Positions 8,801-17,145 of a DNA stretch of 28,950 bases are shown here, piece after piece; position 1 is the stretch's first letter, and each line of letters opens with the position of its first letter. A program made the position numbers and the translations under genes. The notes below the pieces were generated by a model. It had not been told where the DNA came from, made no database searches, and saw only the letters and a program-made list of their open reading frames with translations. This stretch comes from a virus (taxonomy: Duplodnaviria; Caudoviricetes): positions 1-28,950 of the IMG/VR virus record IMGVR_UViG_3300024275_000022; one strand, written 5' to 3'.

Positions 8801-11561
8801 CCCTCAGGGCACAACCGGAACCGCCCTAGATGCTGCGATCGCGAAGACGTTGTCCACCTCGGGGCAGGCGCTGAGCGACACTCAGGGCACGCTGGCTCAG
8901 CGGATCCGCCAGCAGGGTCCAGCTGGTCGGATGTTCGCGGGCAGTGCTGCGGTGCAGGAGGCGTCGGGCTTCGAGGCCCAGAACGTTGGGGCCAACGTCA
9001 AGGCCATCAACGAGATGCTCGACAAGATGCACACCGCCGGGATGTCGGCTCCCGAGATCACCAAGGCGATGGGCAAGATCCAGTCCGCGCTGGGTGACCC
9101 CACGGACCCGAACTACATCCTGGCCGGGATGATCTCGGGGCAGTCCCAGCAGGAGCTCCAGCTGGCGATGCCGAACATGACCAGGGCCCAGCAGTTCGGG
9201 ACCCAGGTCGCCATGTTCCAGAACGTGGCGGCGATCCGCCCGGTCACCGACGAGCAGTACCAGAACGCGCAGGACGCCAAGGCCCAGATGGCCACGGCGA
9301 TGACCGACCAGGAGAACTACTTCAAGCAGATGCTCCTGATGCAGGACCAGTACGAGATCCAGCGCCGGCGGGCGCAGGAGGACTACAACCTGCAGCGCGG
9401 CTACGAGGAGCACGACTTCCAGCTGCAGCGCTCGCGCGCGGAGGAGCAGTTCCACCGGTCTCAGGCTCGCGCCACTGCCGACTACTACCGCGGCGTACGG
9501 CGGGCTCACTACGACTTCAACCTGCAGCGGAAGCGGGCTGAGGACGACTACGACCACTCGATCGAGGTCCAAGCCAAGCAGATGGCCTCCTCGGTCTACG
9601 ACATCTACACCCGGGTCCAGCTGCAGCGGACCTCCTCGGCCTCGATGCTGCTGGCCAACGCCGGTGACCAGCTGACCCGGATGCGCCAGCAGTCTGCCGA
9701 CCTGGACCGGCTGCGCGGGATGGGGATGACCAACCTGGCCATCCAGCAGCTGGGTCTGAACAACCCGCAGAACCAGCAGGAGCTGGCCCGGTTCATCGGT
9801 GACGTCACCCCGCAGATGATCAAGCAGTTCAACCGGGTGGCCGGCACTGAGCGGGTGAAGGCAGCCAAGGACCTGATGCAGGACCCGGGGAACCTGGAGT
9901 GGGCCGAGCAGGTCCGCTCTCACCGGATCCAGCTGCAACGGTCCCGGGAGGACTTCCACCACCAGCTGGAGCTGGGCCACGAGGACTTCCTGCGTGCCAT
10001 CCATCGGCAGCGCAAGGACTTCGGCATCACCATGGACCAGCAGGCTGACGACTTCGACACCCAGATGGGTCGTCAGGCCGACGCCTACGCGACGTCGATG
10101 AGGCGCTCGGCTCAGGACCTGGCGGACGTGGGCAAGGAGATCGACGGCAACTTCGAGACGATCCTGACCAGGGCCACCAAGGATCTGACCGGACACGCTC
10201 AGGACCAGGCTGCGGCAGTGCTGAAGAGCTTCCAGAAGCTGAAGGGCGACACCGAGCCCGAGGCTGTGGCTCTGATGACGAGCCTGTCCAAGATCTTCGG
10301 GTTCAAGTACCAGGCCCCGAAGGGTGTGAACACCACCCCTGACGTCCGGGGCACCAACGACATGTCGATGCATGGCCCCGGAGGCCACACCGTTGGTGGC
10401 ATGCACCAGGGCGGTGTGGTCCCCGGCTGGACCCCAGGCAGGGACACCACCATGGTGCCACTGTCCGGTGGCGAGGCGATCATGCGTCCGGAGTGGGCTC
10501 GGGCGATGGGCGAGGGCTACATCAACGCGGCCAACCACGCGGCCAAGCACGGCGGGTTCGCAGACGGCGGTCTGGTCAACCCGGACGCTCGGGTCTACAT
10601 GGACGGGGAGCCGGTCTCCAAGATCACCAAGGCCCAGCTGCTGCTGGCCGAGAAGCTCTCTCGGATGGACTTCCGCACCATGCAGGGCTCCTGGCAGCCC
10701 TACACCGCCTACTCCGGCTCCTCGCACATGGGCCCCGGTGTGGTGGACGAGGCTCCCGGCAACTTCCGGACCCAGTACTGGCTGCGTCGTGTGGGCTTCG
10801 CCGCCTGGGGTCGTAACTTCCCTGGTGCAGCATCTGCTGGGTCCGGAGCTCACGTGCACGCGGTCTCGCTGCTGGACCCGGGTGCTGCACACCAGTCCCA
10901 GATCGCTGCCTTCTACGCCGGCCAGGATGGTCTGGGCGGGATGGACTACGGGCCCAACCCGGGGATGATCCCTGGTCTGCGCGGGATGCTAGCCCAGTTC
11001 TCCGCACTGGCGCTGCTGCATGACCAGATGCAGGGCGGCAGTGGTCCTGCAGCTCTCCCCCGACTGGCCACAGTCCTGAACCGCAGGTACCCGGCTGCGG
11101 AGAAGGCCGCGGCTGCGATGCAGGGCATCCACCCCCTGAACCCCGGCGACATCAGCCACATCATGAATCAGATGGTGAGGGCTAGGTACGCGGAGTCCTT
11201 GGAGGGTGTCGACCCGAACAAGAAGCACACCGTCTGGCACGCCCAGGGCGGGGTGTTCACCGACCCGACCAGGATCGGAGTCGGGGAGGGTGGCCCGGAG
11301 GCGGTGATCCCGCTGAACGACCAGGGAGCCCAGTTCCTGGCGATGGCCATCCACGGTGCAGAGGCGCGCGGGATCGGGATGGGCTCCTCCCCGATGCGCG
11401 GCGGAGTGAGTGTCTACAACACCCGGATCGACAAGAGCACCAACTTCACCGGACCGATCACGGTGCAGGCGAACGACCCCAACGAGCTGCTGAACAAGCT
11501 GCAGGCTCGCCAGCGGGTGATGGCCCTGTCTCGGCCAAGCCTGACAGGATCGGCTGCATGA
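5841..11561 (+). CDS. Tape measure protein with C-terminal peptidoglycan-hydrolase-like domain
   Basis: 1906 aa, Ala/Gly/Gln-rich. N-terminal TMP core, hydrophobic segments, 11-residue repeats, HQGG/FADGG/HAQGG and GEGGPEAVIPL motifs; H-x6-D and HxH motifs near 10725-10859. Confidence 0.93.
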   Translation: MTAQPVEANVVLTTDNSQYDQAMDQSAQSTNNLAKSVDTLGTKINNLAKSAGRKMLGITVADVAVITGATAAWASYEKQMSRLQAQAAITTRSREQENRVMKDYTASVKNLRSEYGTTTQEAAALTQQISKLSDQTRPIKDLSDTFEQMSKATGESSTGLANSLLNLQKIMGTPQSQTKNYADQLTYLAAKSNTSATALADFTAQIAPMGRAMGMSQTQVTGFSNMFVKAGQDGYSAATAFNKVAQDITQAVQTGSPDLHKYANILGITVEQFKGLSGAEQVAGFLDQIAKLGPRAAQELNRFGLDGVRMSRAITGTVQASGGAMNALREANIGYGSDSVAKGAEAAETMSDTMARLRQDVQQTAESFGKAFGPGIDLVLRQVEKLASGFQNLMDGPLGKFLQVVAAVVIPVTAAAGALLLLSGTILKLAAAFTVLRGSPMLGVFEGWKGGAQIVPEMANGIRTGEFVAQGTGVLGRRGAQIAEGGTWAQRGLYNMGQGFGSTARAGWRGLGRLGADDGGPNIWTRGGAAGLRFGGEAFRTQLDAMRYANPADRSQFFARHFMGRGADVEGAVVATNVARQRATDTMTAFNATRGAAPEEREAAKKLAAEAQKQVAAAETAEKAVLSNAAAQMKAAEGITKSGAAVNTTFAALRAEGASLAAAFAGAARGGIGAGLGAAGRGIAGAASAMGPLNIALLGSMLLPLAIPLIQKFLPKREEVQNFSGFGAAYSEAAGVTPPTGSAAIFRAARGPARTMRAATSFSQVNVAAATAPDYKLNEAGLKGLSAAQATTLLGTRWSSIKNSPEAVGQVRDDLINQFGVEGAQKILGDLQAGATGGGLAGLYSQINAGQDTGTNIGLVGEVMTSQMRQAAQARGPAGQFQAQARGLSSMLGATLTSGRSQEDMLKELNQTFGLDIGDDIFNKARTRAQVTGQTGMQPAQIQAQERAGTLVTAESLAAMPRAQQLKWLIENSSGDQADKIRASLNIPQGTTGTALDAAIAKTLSTSGQALSDTQGTLAQRIRQQGPAGRMFAGSAAVQEASGFEAQNVGANVKAINEMLDKMHTAGMSAPEITKAMGKIQSALGDPTDPNYILAGMISGQSQQELQLAMPNMTRAQQFGTQVAMFQNVAAIRPVTDEQYQNAQDAKAQMATAMTDQENYFKQMLLMQDQYEIQRRRAQEDYNLQRGYEEHDFQLQRSRAEEQFHRSQARATADYYRGVRRAHYDFNLQRKRAEDDYDHSIEVQAKQMASSVYDIYTRVQLQRTSSASMLLANAGDQLTRMRQQSADLDRLRGMGMTNLAIQQLGLNNPQNQQELARFIGDVTPQMIKQFNRVAGTERVKAAKDLMQDPGNLEWAEQVRSHRIQLQRSREDFHHQLELGHEDFLRAIHRQRKDFGITMDQQADDFDTQMGRQADAYATSMRRSAQDLADVGKEIDGNFETILTRATKDLTGHAQDQAAAVLKSFQKLKGDTEPEAVALMTSLSKIFGFKYQAPKGVNTTPDVRGTNDMSMHGPGGHTVGGMHQGGVVPGWTPGRDTTMVPLSGGEAIMRPEWARAMGEGYINAANHAAKHGGFADGGLVNPDARVYMDGEPVSKITKAQLLLAEKLSRMDFRTMQGSWQPYTAYSGSSHMGPGVVDEAPGNFRTQYWLRRVGFAAWGRNFPGAASAGSGAHVHAVSLLDPGAAHQSQIAAFYAGQDGLGGMDYGPNPGMIPGLRGMLAQFSALALLHDQMQGGSGPAALPRLATVLNRRYPAAEKAAAAMQGIHPLNPGDISHIMNQMVRARYAESLEGVDPNKKHTVWHAQGGVFTDPTRIGVGEGGPEAVIPLNDQGAQFLAMAIHGAEARGIGMGSSPMRGGVSVYNTRIDKSTNFTGPITVQANDPNELLNKLQARQRVMALSRPSLTGSAA

Positions 11562-12010
11562 CATCGAAGACAGGACTGGACTACCTGGCTGTCGAGGTCA
11601 GCTACGGAACCCGCTGGGTGAACATCAACAACGGGGAGACCTACAAGATCGCCGGGGACAGCACTCGGGACTCCACCCAGAAGACCTGGCGGAAGGTGAC
11701 TGCCGACTCCCCGATCCTGGGCGGCAACTACCTGATCCACGCGGTCCCGGAGATGGTCGCGGAGACGATCGGGGTCTGGGTCTACGGCCAGTCCCAGACC
11801 GAGGTGAGCGACAACCTGTTCACCCTGACCGACCTGTTCGAGCAGTACGACTACCGGATCCGGTGGACCTTCGACGAGTACCGGGAATACTGGCGCTGCC
11901 AGCTCGCCGATGCCACCACCAGCCGGGGTCAGGTCTGGACCCACTCCCAGATGGCCAAGGCCGAGTTCGCAGTGCCCCGCTACCCCGAGATCACCACGGA
12001 GCGGATCTGA
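11558..12010 (+). CDS. Minor tail protein (distal tail protein position)
   Basis: 150 aa; ATGA overlap with the TMP stop; assigned from synteny. Confidence 0.65.
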   Translation: MTSKTGLDYLAVEVSYGTRWVNINNGETYKIAGDSTRDSTQKTWRKVTADSPILGGNYLIHAVPEMVAETIGVWVYGQSQTEVSDNLFTLTDLFEQYDYRIRWTFDEYREYWRCQLADATTSRGQVWTHSQMAKAEFAVPRYPEITTERI

Positions 12011-12450
12011 TGTCGGGCCGGCTCACGGTCTGGGGAGCTCAGCAGCTGCTCACCGCCTACATGGGGGTCAGGGCCACTCCCCCGCCGATCTTCTACCTGG
12101 CGCTGATCAGGTCCATCCCGCCCTCGCCGTACATGTCCGGGAGCGAGCTGGACGAGCCGGACAGTGTCGACTACGCGCGGGTGGCGATCGCCAACGACGT
12201 GGCGAACTGGGCCAACGACTCCCAGCCCCAGGAGGTCTACAACGTGCTGCCGGCGCAGTTCGTGACTGCCACCTCGGAGTGGGGTCAGATCAGCTACTGG
12301 GCTCTGTGCAACGCCCAGGTGGACGGAGAGAACTTCCTGGTCGGGGACCTGGAGAACCCGGTCCTGGCCACGACTGGTGATCAGGTGCAGATCTCGGAGG
12401 GTGACCTGAGCGTGTCCCTGGGCCCGTTCTTCCTGGCCGACGAGGCCTGA
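12010..12450 (+). CDS. Minor tail protein
   Basis: The likely start is ATG 12010 (TGATG overlap), 146 aa. Pattern YLAL...E...YARV...F...WGQISYWAL; similar to 15685-16050. Confidence 0.75.
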   Translation: MSGRLTVWGAQQLLTAYMGVRATPPPIFYLALIRSIPPSPYMSGSELDEPDSVDYARVAIANDVANWANDSQPQEVYNVLPAQFVTATSEWGQISYWALCNAQVDGENFLVGDLENPVLATTGDQVQISEGDLSVSLGPFFLADEA

Positions 12451-13427
12451 TGGCTACCGTCCCGATCGTGCCCGGGAAGACCGAGGGCCAGGTGGTTGCG
12501 AAGGGTCGCGCACACCGGCTCCCGCCGGCTCTGCTGCATCCTCCCGGTGGGCTGTTCCCGCTGATGAGCGCAGCCTTCGAGGTCGACGAGTACCGGATGA
12601 TGTCGGGCTGGCCAGTCCCGGTCCCGGATTGCGACATCCAGATCCAGTGCCTGGTCTCGGCTGAGGGTGACGTGCTGGGGAACCGGGACGCCCCCACCGC
12701 TCTGACCACGAACGCGGCGATGCGCTGGGTGGCCGACGACAACTACTACGACCAGACCTCCCTGCTCTGGACTCCGATCCAGGGGAACGTCTCGCCGTGG
12801 GTCACCAGCTCCACGAACGCTCCGACCCTGTTCACCGACTACGAGTACACGATCGGGGACGAGCGGTTCGTCGACATGACGGTGCTCAACTTCGACTCCA
12901 ACACCCACGACTTCATGTGGAACAACCTGGATCTGATCATGGGTGGCACCACTGGCTACACGGTGATCATGGTGCTCAGTCCGAACTCTCTGTATGGCAA
13001 CGACGACACCGTGGCCGACAACGCGCTGTGGGGCCCGGACTCTCTGAGTGGGGCCTGGAGTCAGTTCACGGTCAAGAACCAGGCGCTGTACCTGACCACC
13101 GAGGAGATCCCGGCGCAGAAGGGGGTCGCGTTCGGGTCTGCCTCGCACACCACAGCTCCCACCTATCTGGCGCTGGTGGTGAGCAGGCCGCAGACGACCA
13201 TGTACGTCGCCTCAGGGCCCTCGAAGGTGCTCAGCAAGGCTCTGGCCGCAGGAGCGTCTCCTGAGCCCCTGAGCACCCGTTTCTGGCTCGGGAACGGGCC
13301 CTTCCTGGATTCGGCCACCATGGACATGGCTCTGTTCGATCTGGGCATCTACGGGAACCCACTGACCAAGGCCGAGGTGGTCACCGAGTTCGCCTCACTG
13401 AGCACCATCTACGGAGGAGACAGTTGA
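12450..13427 (+). CDS. Minor tail protein, possible ConA/LamG-like lectin domain
   Basis: 325 aa, beta-rich. The C-terminal FDLGIYGNPLTKAEV resembles the end of LamG-like domains. Confidence 0.6.
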   Translation: MATVPIVPGKTEGQVVAKGRAHRLPPALLHPPGGLFPLMSAAFEVDEYRMMSGWPVPVPDCDIQIQCLVSAEGDVLGNRDAPTALTTNAAMRWVADDNYYDQTSLLWTPIQGNVSPWVTSSTNAPTLFTDYEYTIGDERFVDMTVLNFDSNTHDFMWNNLDLIMGGTTGYTVIMVLSPNSLYGNDDTVADNALWGPDSLSGAWSQFTVKNQALYLTTEEIPAQKGVAFGSASHTTAPTYLALVVSRPQTTMYVASGPSKVLSKALAAGASPEPLSTRFWLGNGPFLDSATMDMALFDLGIYGNPLTKAEVVTEFASLSTIYGGDS

Positions 13428-15688
13428 AGTCGCTGACCGCCTACCCGTCCGAGCAGCAGCCGATGGGGTTCTTCCGGGTCTTCGCCACCCCTCCTGGTGG
13501 CTACGAGCGGGAGATCACCCTGTTCCGGAACGCTCCGGTACGGATCGGGACGGTCTCTACCCAGGACCCGTTCAGCGAGGTGACGGCCAGCCTGTCCTTC
13601 CCGATGATCACGGTCTTCGACACCCCGGGGCAGGGGGACCTGGACTGGCTGGTCCCGAACTGCGACATCGACATCGTCTGGGAGAACGTGGGCGACTACG
13701 ACATCGACTGGCGCTGGGAGGGGTACATCGCGGCGTACAGCTTCTCGCTGAGCGGCCAGGACTCCTCGTTCTCGATGGACCTGAAGGGAGCGTTCTACGG
13801 GCTGGACGACTACCTGGCCATCCCGTCCTTCCCGAAGCGACCGATCCCGTACGAGATCCTGATCAGCCAGGCCTTCGACCAGGATGAGCATCCCGCGCAC
13901 CTGGGGAAGTTCCGGGTGCTGTTCCCCTCCGACTGGGGTGATGTGGATGGGCACCTGGTCCCGGACCTGAACGGTCCGAAGTACCTGAGTGCGCTGAAGC
14001 CCTGGGGAGTGCGGACTGGAGACCCCTGGACCGGGTTCACCTCGCGCTCGACCGGGAGCTGGGAGCCACTGCTGACCGGTCACATTCAGTCACTGCTGTC
14101 CGTCATGTTCGCGGAGGGTGGGTCGCAGTGGAGCATCCGGAACCGAGGCCGGCGACGCCCTGAGCTGTTCCTGCGGAAGATCCCGGAGGCACAAGACGAC
14201 CAGATCATCGAGATCGTCCTGGGAGCTCCCGGAGTGCAGATGGATGGCAGCAGGGACTACACCCAGCGAGCCGGGGTGATCTATGGCCAGGGCAATGACT
14301 TCGCTGGGATCAACTTCTCCAACATCCAGGTCTCCCCCGATGGCCGGCAGACCTACTACGCGCCGTACGCCTACAACCCGCGGATGTACCCGAGGAAGAA
14401 CAACCCCAGCTACGACCCGCGGGTGAAGCCCAAGGAGACCATGATCCGGTTCGCGGACGGGGTGGACGAGGTCTCTGCGATGAAGATCGCGCAGGGTCAG
14501 TACCAGCGGTTCGCGGAGCCCGGGATCACCGGCACGATCACGCTGACCTCTGACCCCCGGACTGCTGGCGGTCAGCTGGTGCCACGGCTGCTGATCACGG
14601 GTGGTCAGACGATCCGGATCAACGGTCTGTTCGGGGTCAAGGAGGGTGTGCTGGCGCACGTCACCCAGGTCTCCGCAGACTTCAACGGGCTGACCACCCA
14701 GCTGACCTTCGATACCAAGTACCGCGACCAGCTGACGGTGGAGGAGGTGAAGGCCAGGACCCGGGACGCGCTGACCCCGATGCGCGCCCTGCAGGTGGGG
14801 AAGTACTCCAACCTGATCCCGGACCTGGTGATCCCGTGGAGCTACACCGCGGGGTCGGGGATCGTGCCGACTGCGGCCAAGGAGTTCTTCAACGAGAAGC
14901 TCCCCGACGACGCCACCTTCCCGTTCGAGACCTGGACCCAGAAGTGGCCTCCGAAGAACCCCAAGTCCAGGCCGTACTACATCGAGATCGGACCCACCGA
15001 CCGGGCGAACTCCAACAACAACTGGAGCTCGACGAAGCGTGCCTCCGGGTCGGTCACGCTGCGGTCTGCCTCGATCCCGATCCGGATGTCGCAGGCTGGT
15101 GGGATCCGGCTCTCCCAGCTGGCGGCCTACGACAAGGACGGGAACGTGATGCCGGTCAAGTTCCATTACAGCGTCTACGTCACTCCGTCGATCTCGATCG
15201 ACTCGATGCCCCGGTTCCCTGGTCCTCGGACCGACTCGGACTTCCCGGTCTACCTGGACGCGCGCAAGGTGAACGGCACGGTGATCCCGACCACCTACGA
15301 GACCGCCGGCGGACACACTCAGACTCACCCGTTCTACAAGGGCGGGTGGGAGACCGTCGCTCCGGACGGGACCACCTTCCCGTGGGGGAACAAGGACCCA
15401 GCTCAGCTCCCGGCTGAGAACCCGGTCGTGGGCTGGGGGAACTACTACGAGCCCGCCGGCTACTGGCCTGGTCGGTTCTCACTCGGTGCAGGCCGGACTG
15501 GGCTGATGCAGGACGACAAGGCCTGGAGCTGGGACCTGAACGAGTGGGTCAACATCAACAAGCCCAAGGACAACGCCAAGGACGAGTACGCCGGGATGCT
15601 GTTCGTCATGATCTACTGCGATGACCAGGACGATCAGTCTGTGTACTTCATGGGCCGGTTCATAAGGCAGGAGCCTGGAGCATCATGA
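13424..15688 (+). CDS. Large minor tail protein (tail tip / hub)
   Basis: 754 aa with a TTGA overlap, in the tail module; Pro/Gly/aromatic-rich C-terminal third. Confidence 0.7.
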   Translation: MKSLTAYPSEQQPMGFFRVFATPPGGYEREITLFRNAPVRIGTVSTQDPFSEVTASLSFPMITVFDTPGQGDLDWLVPNCDIDIVWENVGDYDIDWRWEGYIAAYSFSLSGQDSSFSMDLKGAFYGLDDYLAIPSFPKRPIPYEILISQAFDQDEHPAHLGKFRVLFPSDWGDVDGHLVPDLNGPKYLSALKPWGVRTGDPWTGFTSRSTGSWEPLLTGHIQSLLSVMFAEGGSQWSIRNRGRRRPELFLRKIPEAQDDQIIEIVLGAPGVQMDGSRDYTQRAGVIYGQGNDFAGINFSNIQVSPDGRQTYYAPYAYNPRMYPRKNNPSYDPRVKPKETMIRFADGVDEVSAMKIAQGQYQRFAEPGITGTITLTSDPRTAGGQLVPRLLITGGQTIRINGLFGVKEGVLAHVTQVSADFNGLTTQLTFDTKYRDQLTVEEVKARTRDALTPMRALQVGKYSNLIPDLVIPWSYTAGSGIVPTAAKEFFNEKLPDDATFPFETWTQKWPPKNPKSRPYYIEIGPTDRANSNNNWSSTKRASGSVTLRSASIPIRMSQAGGIRLSQLAAYDKDGNVMPVKFHYSVYVTPSISIDSMPRFPGPRTDSDFPVYLDARKVNGTVIPTTYETAGGHTQTHPFYKGGWETVAPDGTTFPWGNKDPAQLPAENPVVGWGNYYEPAGYWPGRFSLGAGRTGLMQDDKAWSWDLNEWVNINKPKDNAKDEYAGMLFVMIYCDDQDDQSVYFMGRFIRQEPGAS

Positions 15689-16050
15689 GCGATGGCAGTG
15701 TCACCGACGAGCAAGCCCACGAGTGGTTGCAGGACATCGCCGACAACGGCTGGGTGAGTCTGCACTACGACAGCCCAGCTCTGGGTGGTGTGGACAAGGC
15801 GGAGATCGCGGGTGGTGGGTACGCCCGGTTCAAGATGCCGTTCAGCCAGCCCAACAACCGGGCGATCTGGTCCCTGGTCGACGCCAGGTTCACCGGCCTG
15901 GTGCAGAACAAGCTGATCTACTTCGGAGTCTGGGACTCACAGAACAAGGGGATGCTCCGGGCCTACGGTGAGCTCCCCACACCCGCCGTGGTGCTCAACG
16001 GCAAGGGCTACGTGCTGCATGCCGGCCTGATCGCCATCAGCTTCGGGTGA
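15685..16050 (+). CDS. Minor tail protein, last gene of the + operon
   Basis: 121 aa; VSLH...AEIAGGGYARF...YFGVWDS; apparently the same family as 12010-12450. Confidence 0.7.
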   Translation: MSDGSVTDEQAHEWLQDIADNGWVSLHYDSPALGGVDKAEIAGGGYARFKMPFSQPNNRAIWSLVDARFTGLVQNKLIYFGVWDSQNKGMLRAYGELPTPAVVLNGKGYVLHAGLIAISFG

Positions 16051-16065
16051 CCTGTTTTTGGGCAT

Positions 16066-16115
16066 AAAAAAAGGGCCCTTGGGCCCCACCCTCCGAAGAG
16101 GGTGGGGCTAGGGCC
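16066..16115 (-). terminator. Rho-independent terminator at the convergence of the two operons
   Basis: On the - strand: GCCCCACCCTC-TTCG-GAGGGTGGGGC (16083-16108, C-UUCG-G loop), an outer GGCCCT/AGGGCC stem, then T7 (A-run 16066-16072). It may also act on the + transcript. Confidence 0.85.
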
Positions 16116-16474
16116 TACAGGGACTTCATCTGCTCTGCGTGACGCTTCTCGTCCTCTGCTCGATGCTCTGCGCAGAGGCACTTCAGCCAGTGGTACGTGG
16201 CCTTGATCTCTCCAGGTTCTCCACACACCTCGCAGGTGCGCTCGGACTTCGCTTCAGCGACGTGAATCGCTCCCTCGAAGGCCGGATCAGGGACGTGCGG
16301 ATGGGCGTAGTACCGCAGCCCGCCGAACTTCTCCTTGACCTGCAGCAGGATGAAGTCCGGGTCGATCTTGTTGAGCTCCTCCTCCAGCTCACGGAGGATC
16401 GGATGCCAGCCCTCTCCCACGTTGTTGGCTGAGGTCATCATCGGAGACGCCTGGTCTCCGAACGCGCTGGTCAT
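16115..16474 (-). CDS. Conserved phage hypothetical protein (QVKEKFGGLRYY motif, Cys cluster)
   Basis: 119 aa; QVKEKFGGLRYY...TCEVCG...CLC is a motif set I recall from many phage hypothetical proteins. RBS AAGGAGGAG; ATGA overlap. Confidence 0.8.
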   Translation of the reverse strand: MTSAFGDQASPMMTSANNVGEGWHPILRELEEELNKIDPDFILLQVKEKFGGLRYYAHPHVPDPAFEGAIHVAEAKSERTCEVCGEPGEIKATYHWLKCLCAEHRAEDEKRHAEQMKSL

Positions 16475-16806
16475 GTCTCCTCCTTGGCACCGGAGTAGAG
16501 CGCGAAGTTCTCAGCCAGAACCCAGCCGATCAGTGGCCCTCCCCAGTAGTGCGAGTCGTCGTAGGGGAGCAGCCGAGTCTGCCCATCCGAGTTCACGGTC
16601 AGGCACACGCCGTCGTTGACGTACACCCCGCAGTGACCCCAGGGTTCCGCTGCGTAGAAGCACACCGACCCGAAGGCTGGTGGCTCATCCTGAACCAGTG
16701 GGAGCACCTTCGCTGCGGCCTTGGCGGTGGGCCACTTCGCCGGGCAGCGGAGCAGCCGGCGGACGAAGCGCAGGGACTGGCCGCTGTAGTCCTCACGACC
16801 CTCCAC
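16471..16806 (-). CDS. CHAP/NlpC-P60-like protein with Ser at the predicted catalytic Cys position
   Basis: 111 aa: GQSLRFVRR...PPAFGSVCFY...WGHCGVY...G...WGGPLIGW. Confidence 0.55.
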   Translation of the reverse strand: MEGREDYSGQSLRFVRRLLRCPAKWPTAKAAAKVLPLVQDEPPAFGSVCFYAAEPWGHCGVYVNDGVCLTVNSDGQTRLLPYDDSHYWGGPLIGWVLAENFALYSGAKEET

Positions 16807-17074
16807 CGGCGTGCTCCCTCTGGTACTCCGAGAACTTCATCCCGATGACGAAGCCCATCGCGTAGCACTGGACCAGGTCGTCGATGTCGTGCATGGCTCT
16901 CTTGCCGAAGACGGACCTGATCGCCTCTGCTGCGTGTTCGGTCATCTTGTCCAGGGGGATCCCAGTGACCTGGTCGAAGGACGGGTTGTCTGCGACCTCA
17001 TCCTCCAGTCCCTCCAGAACTGCGTGTAGTGAATCGGCCATCGCCTTGTCGGGTCTCTCGCCCCATTCGGGCAT
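16793..17074 (-). CDS. Hypothetical protein
   Basis: 93 aa; GAAGGGAAGACA motif upstream of the ATG. Confidence 0.75.
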   Translation of the reverse strand: MPEWGERPDKAMADSLHAVLEGLEDEVADNPSFDQVTGIPLDKMTEHAAEAIRSVFGKRAMHDIDDLVQCYAMGFVIGMKFSEYQREHAGGGS

Positions 17075-17099
17075 GTGTATGTCTTCCCTTCACGTGGAA

Positions 17100-17140
17100 G
17101 GCCCCGACGAGGAGAGATACAGGCTCTCCCCGCCGGGGCC
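17100..17140 (-). terminator. Intergenic stem-loop
   Basis: On the - strand GGCCCCGGCGGGGAGAG-CCTGTAT-CTCTCCTCGTCGGGGCC forms a 17-bp stem with two G-U pairs valid only on that strand; weak U-tract. Confidence 0.65.
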
Positions 17141-17145
17141 GCTGG

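Noticed and set aside
8826-10892. 688-aa ORF antisense to the tape measure gene (similarly 14090-15328 and 18951-20492 opposite other genes)
   Set aside because: Shadow ORFs expected opposite genes with high GC at third codon positions; the translations are rich in L/V/G/H/R, with no recognisable motifs.
11863-12009. N-terminal extension of the 12010 gene shown in the ORF track
   Set aside because: It overlaps the upstream gene by 148 nt; ATG 12010 has the TGATG coupling typical of this operon.
16457-16474. MTSAFG at the start of the 16115-16474 gene matches the first six residues of tagged copy 3
   Set aside because: It lacks the x-x-H...EI[S/A]K half, lies in the opposite operon and belongs to an unrelated family. 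Treated as probable coincidence, though worth rechecking if the tag is validated.
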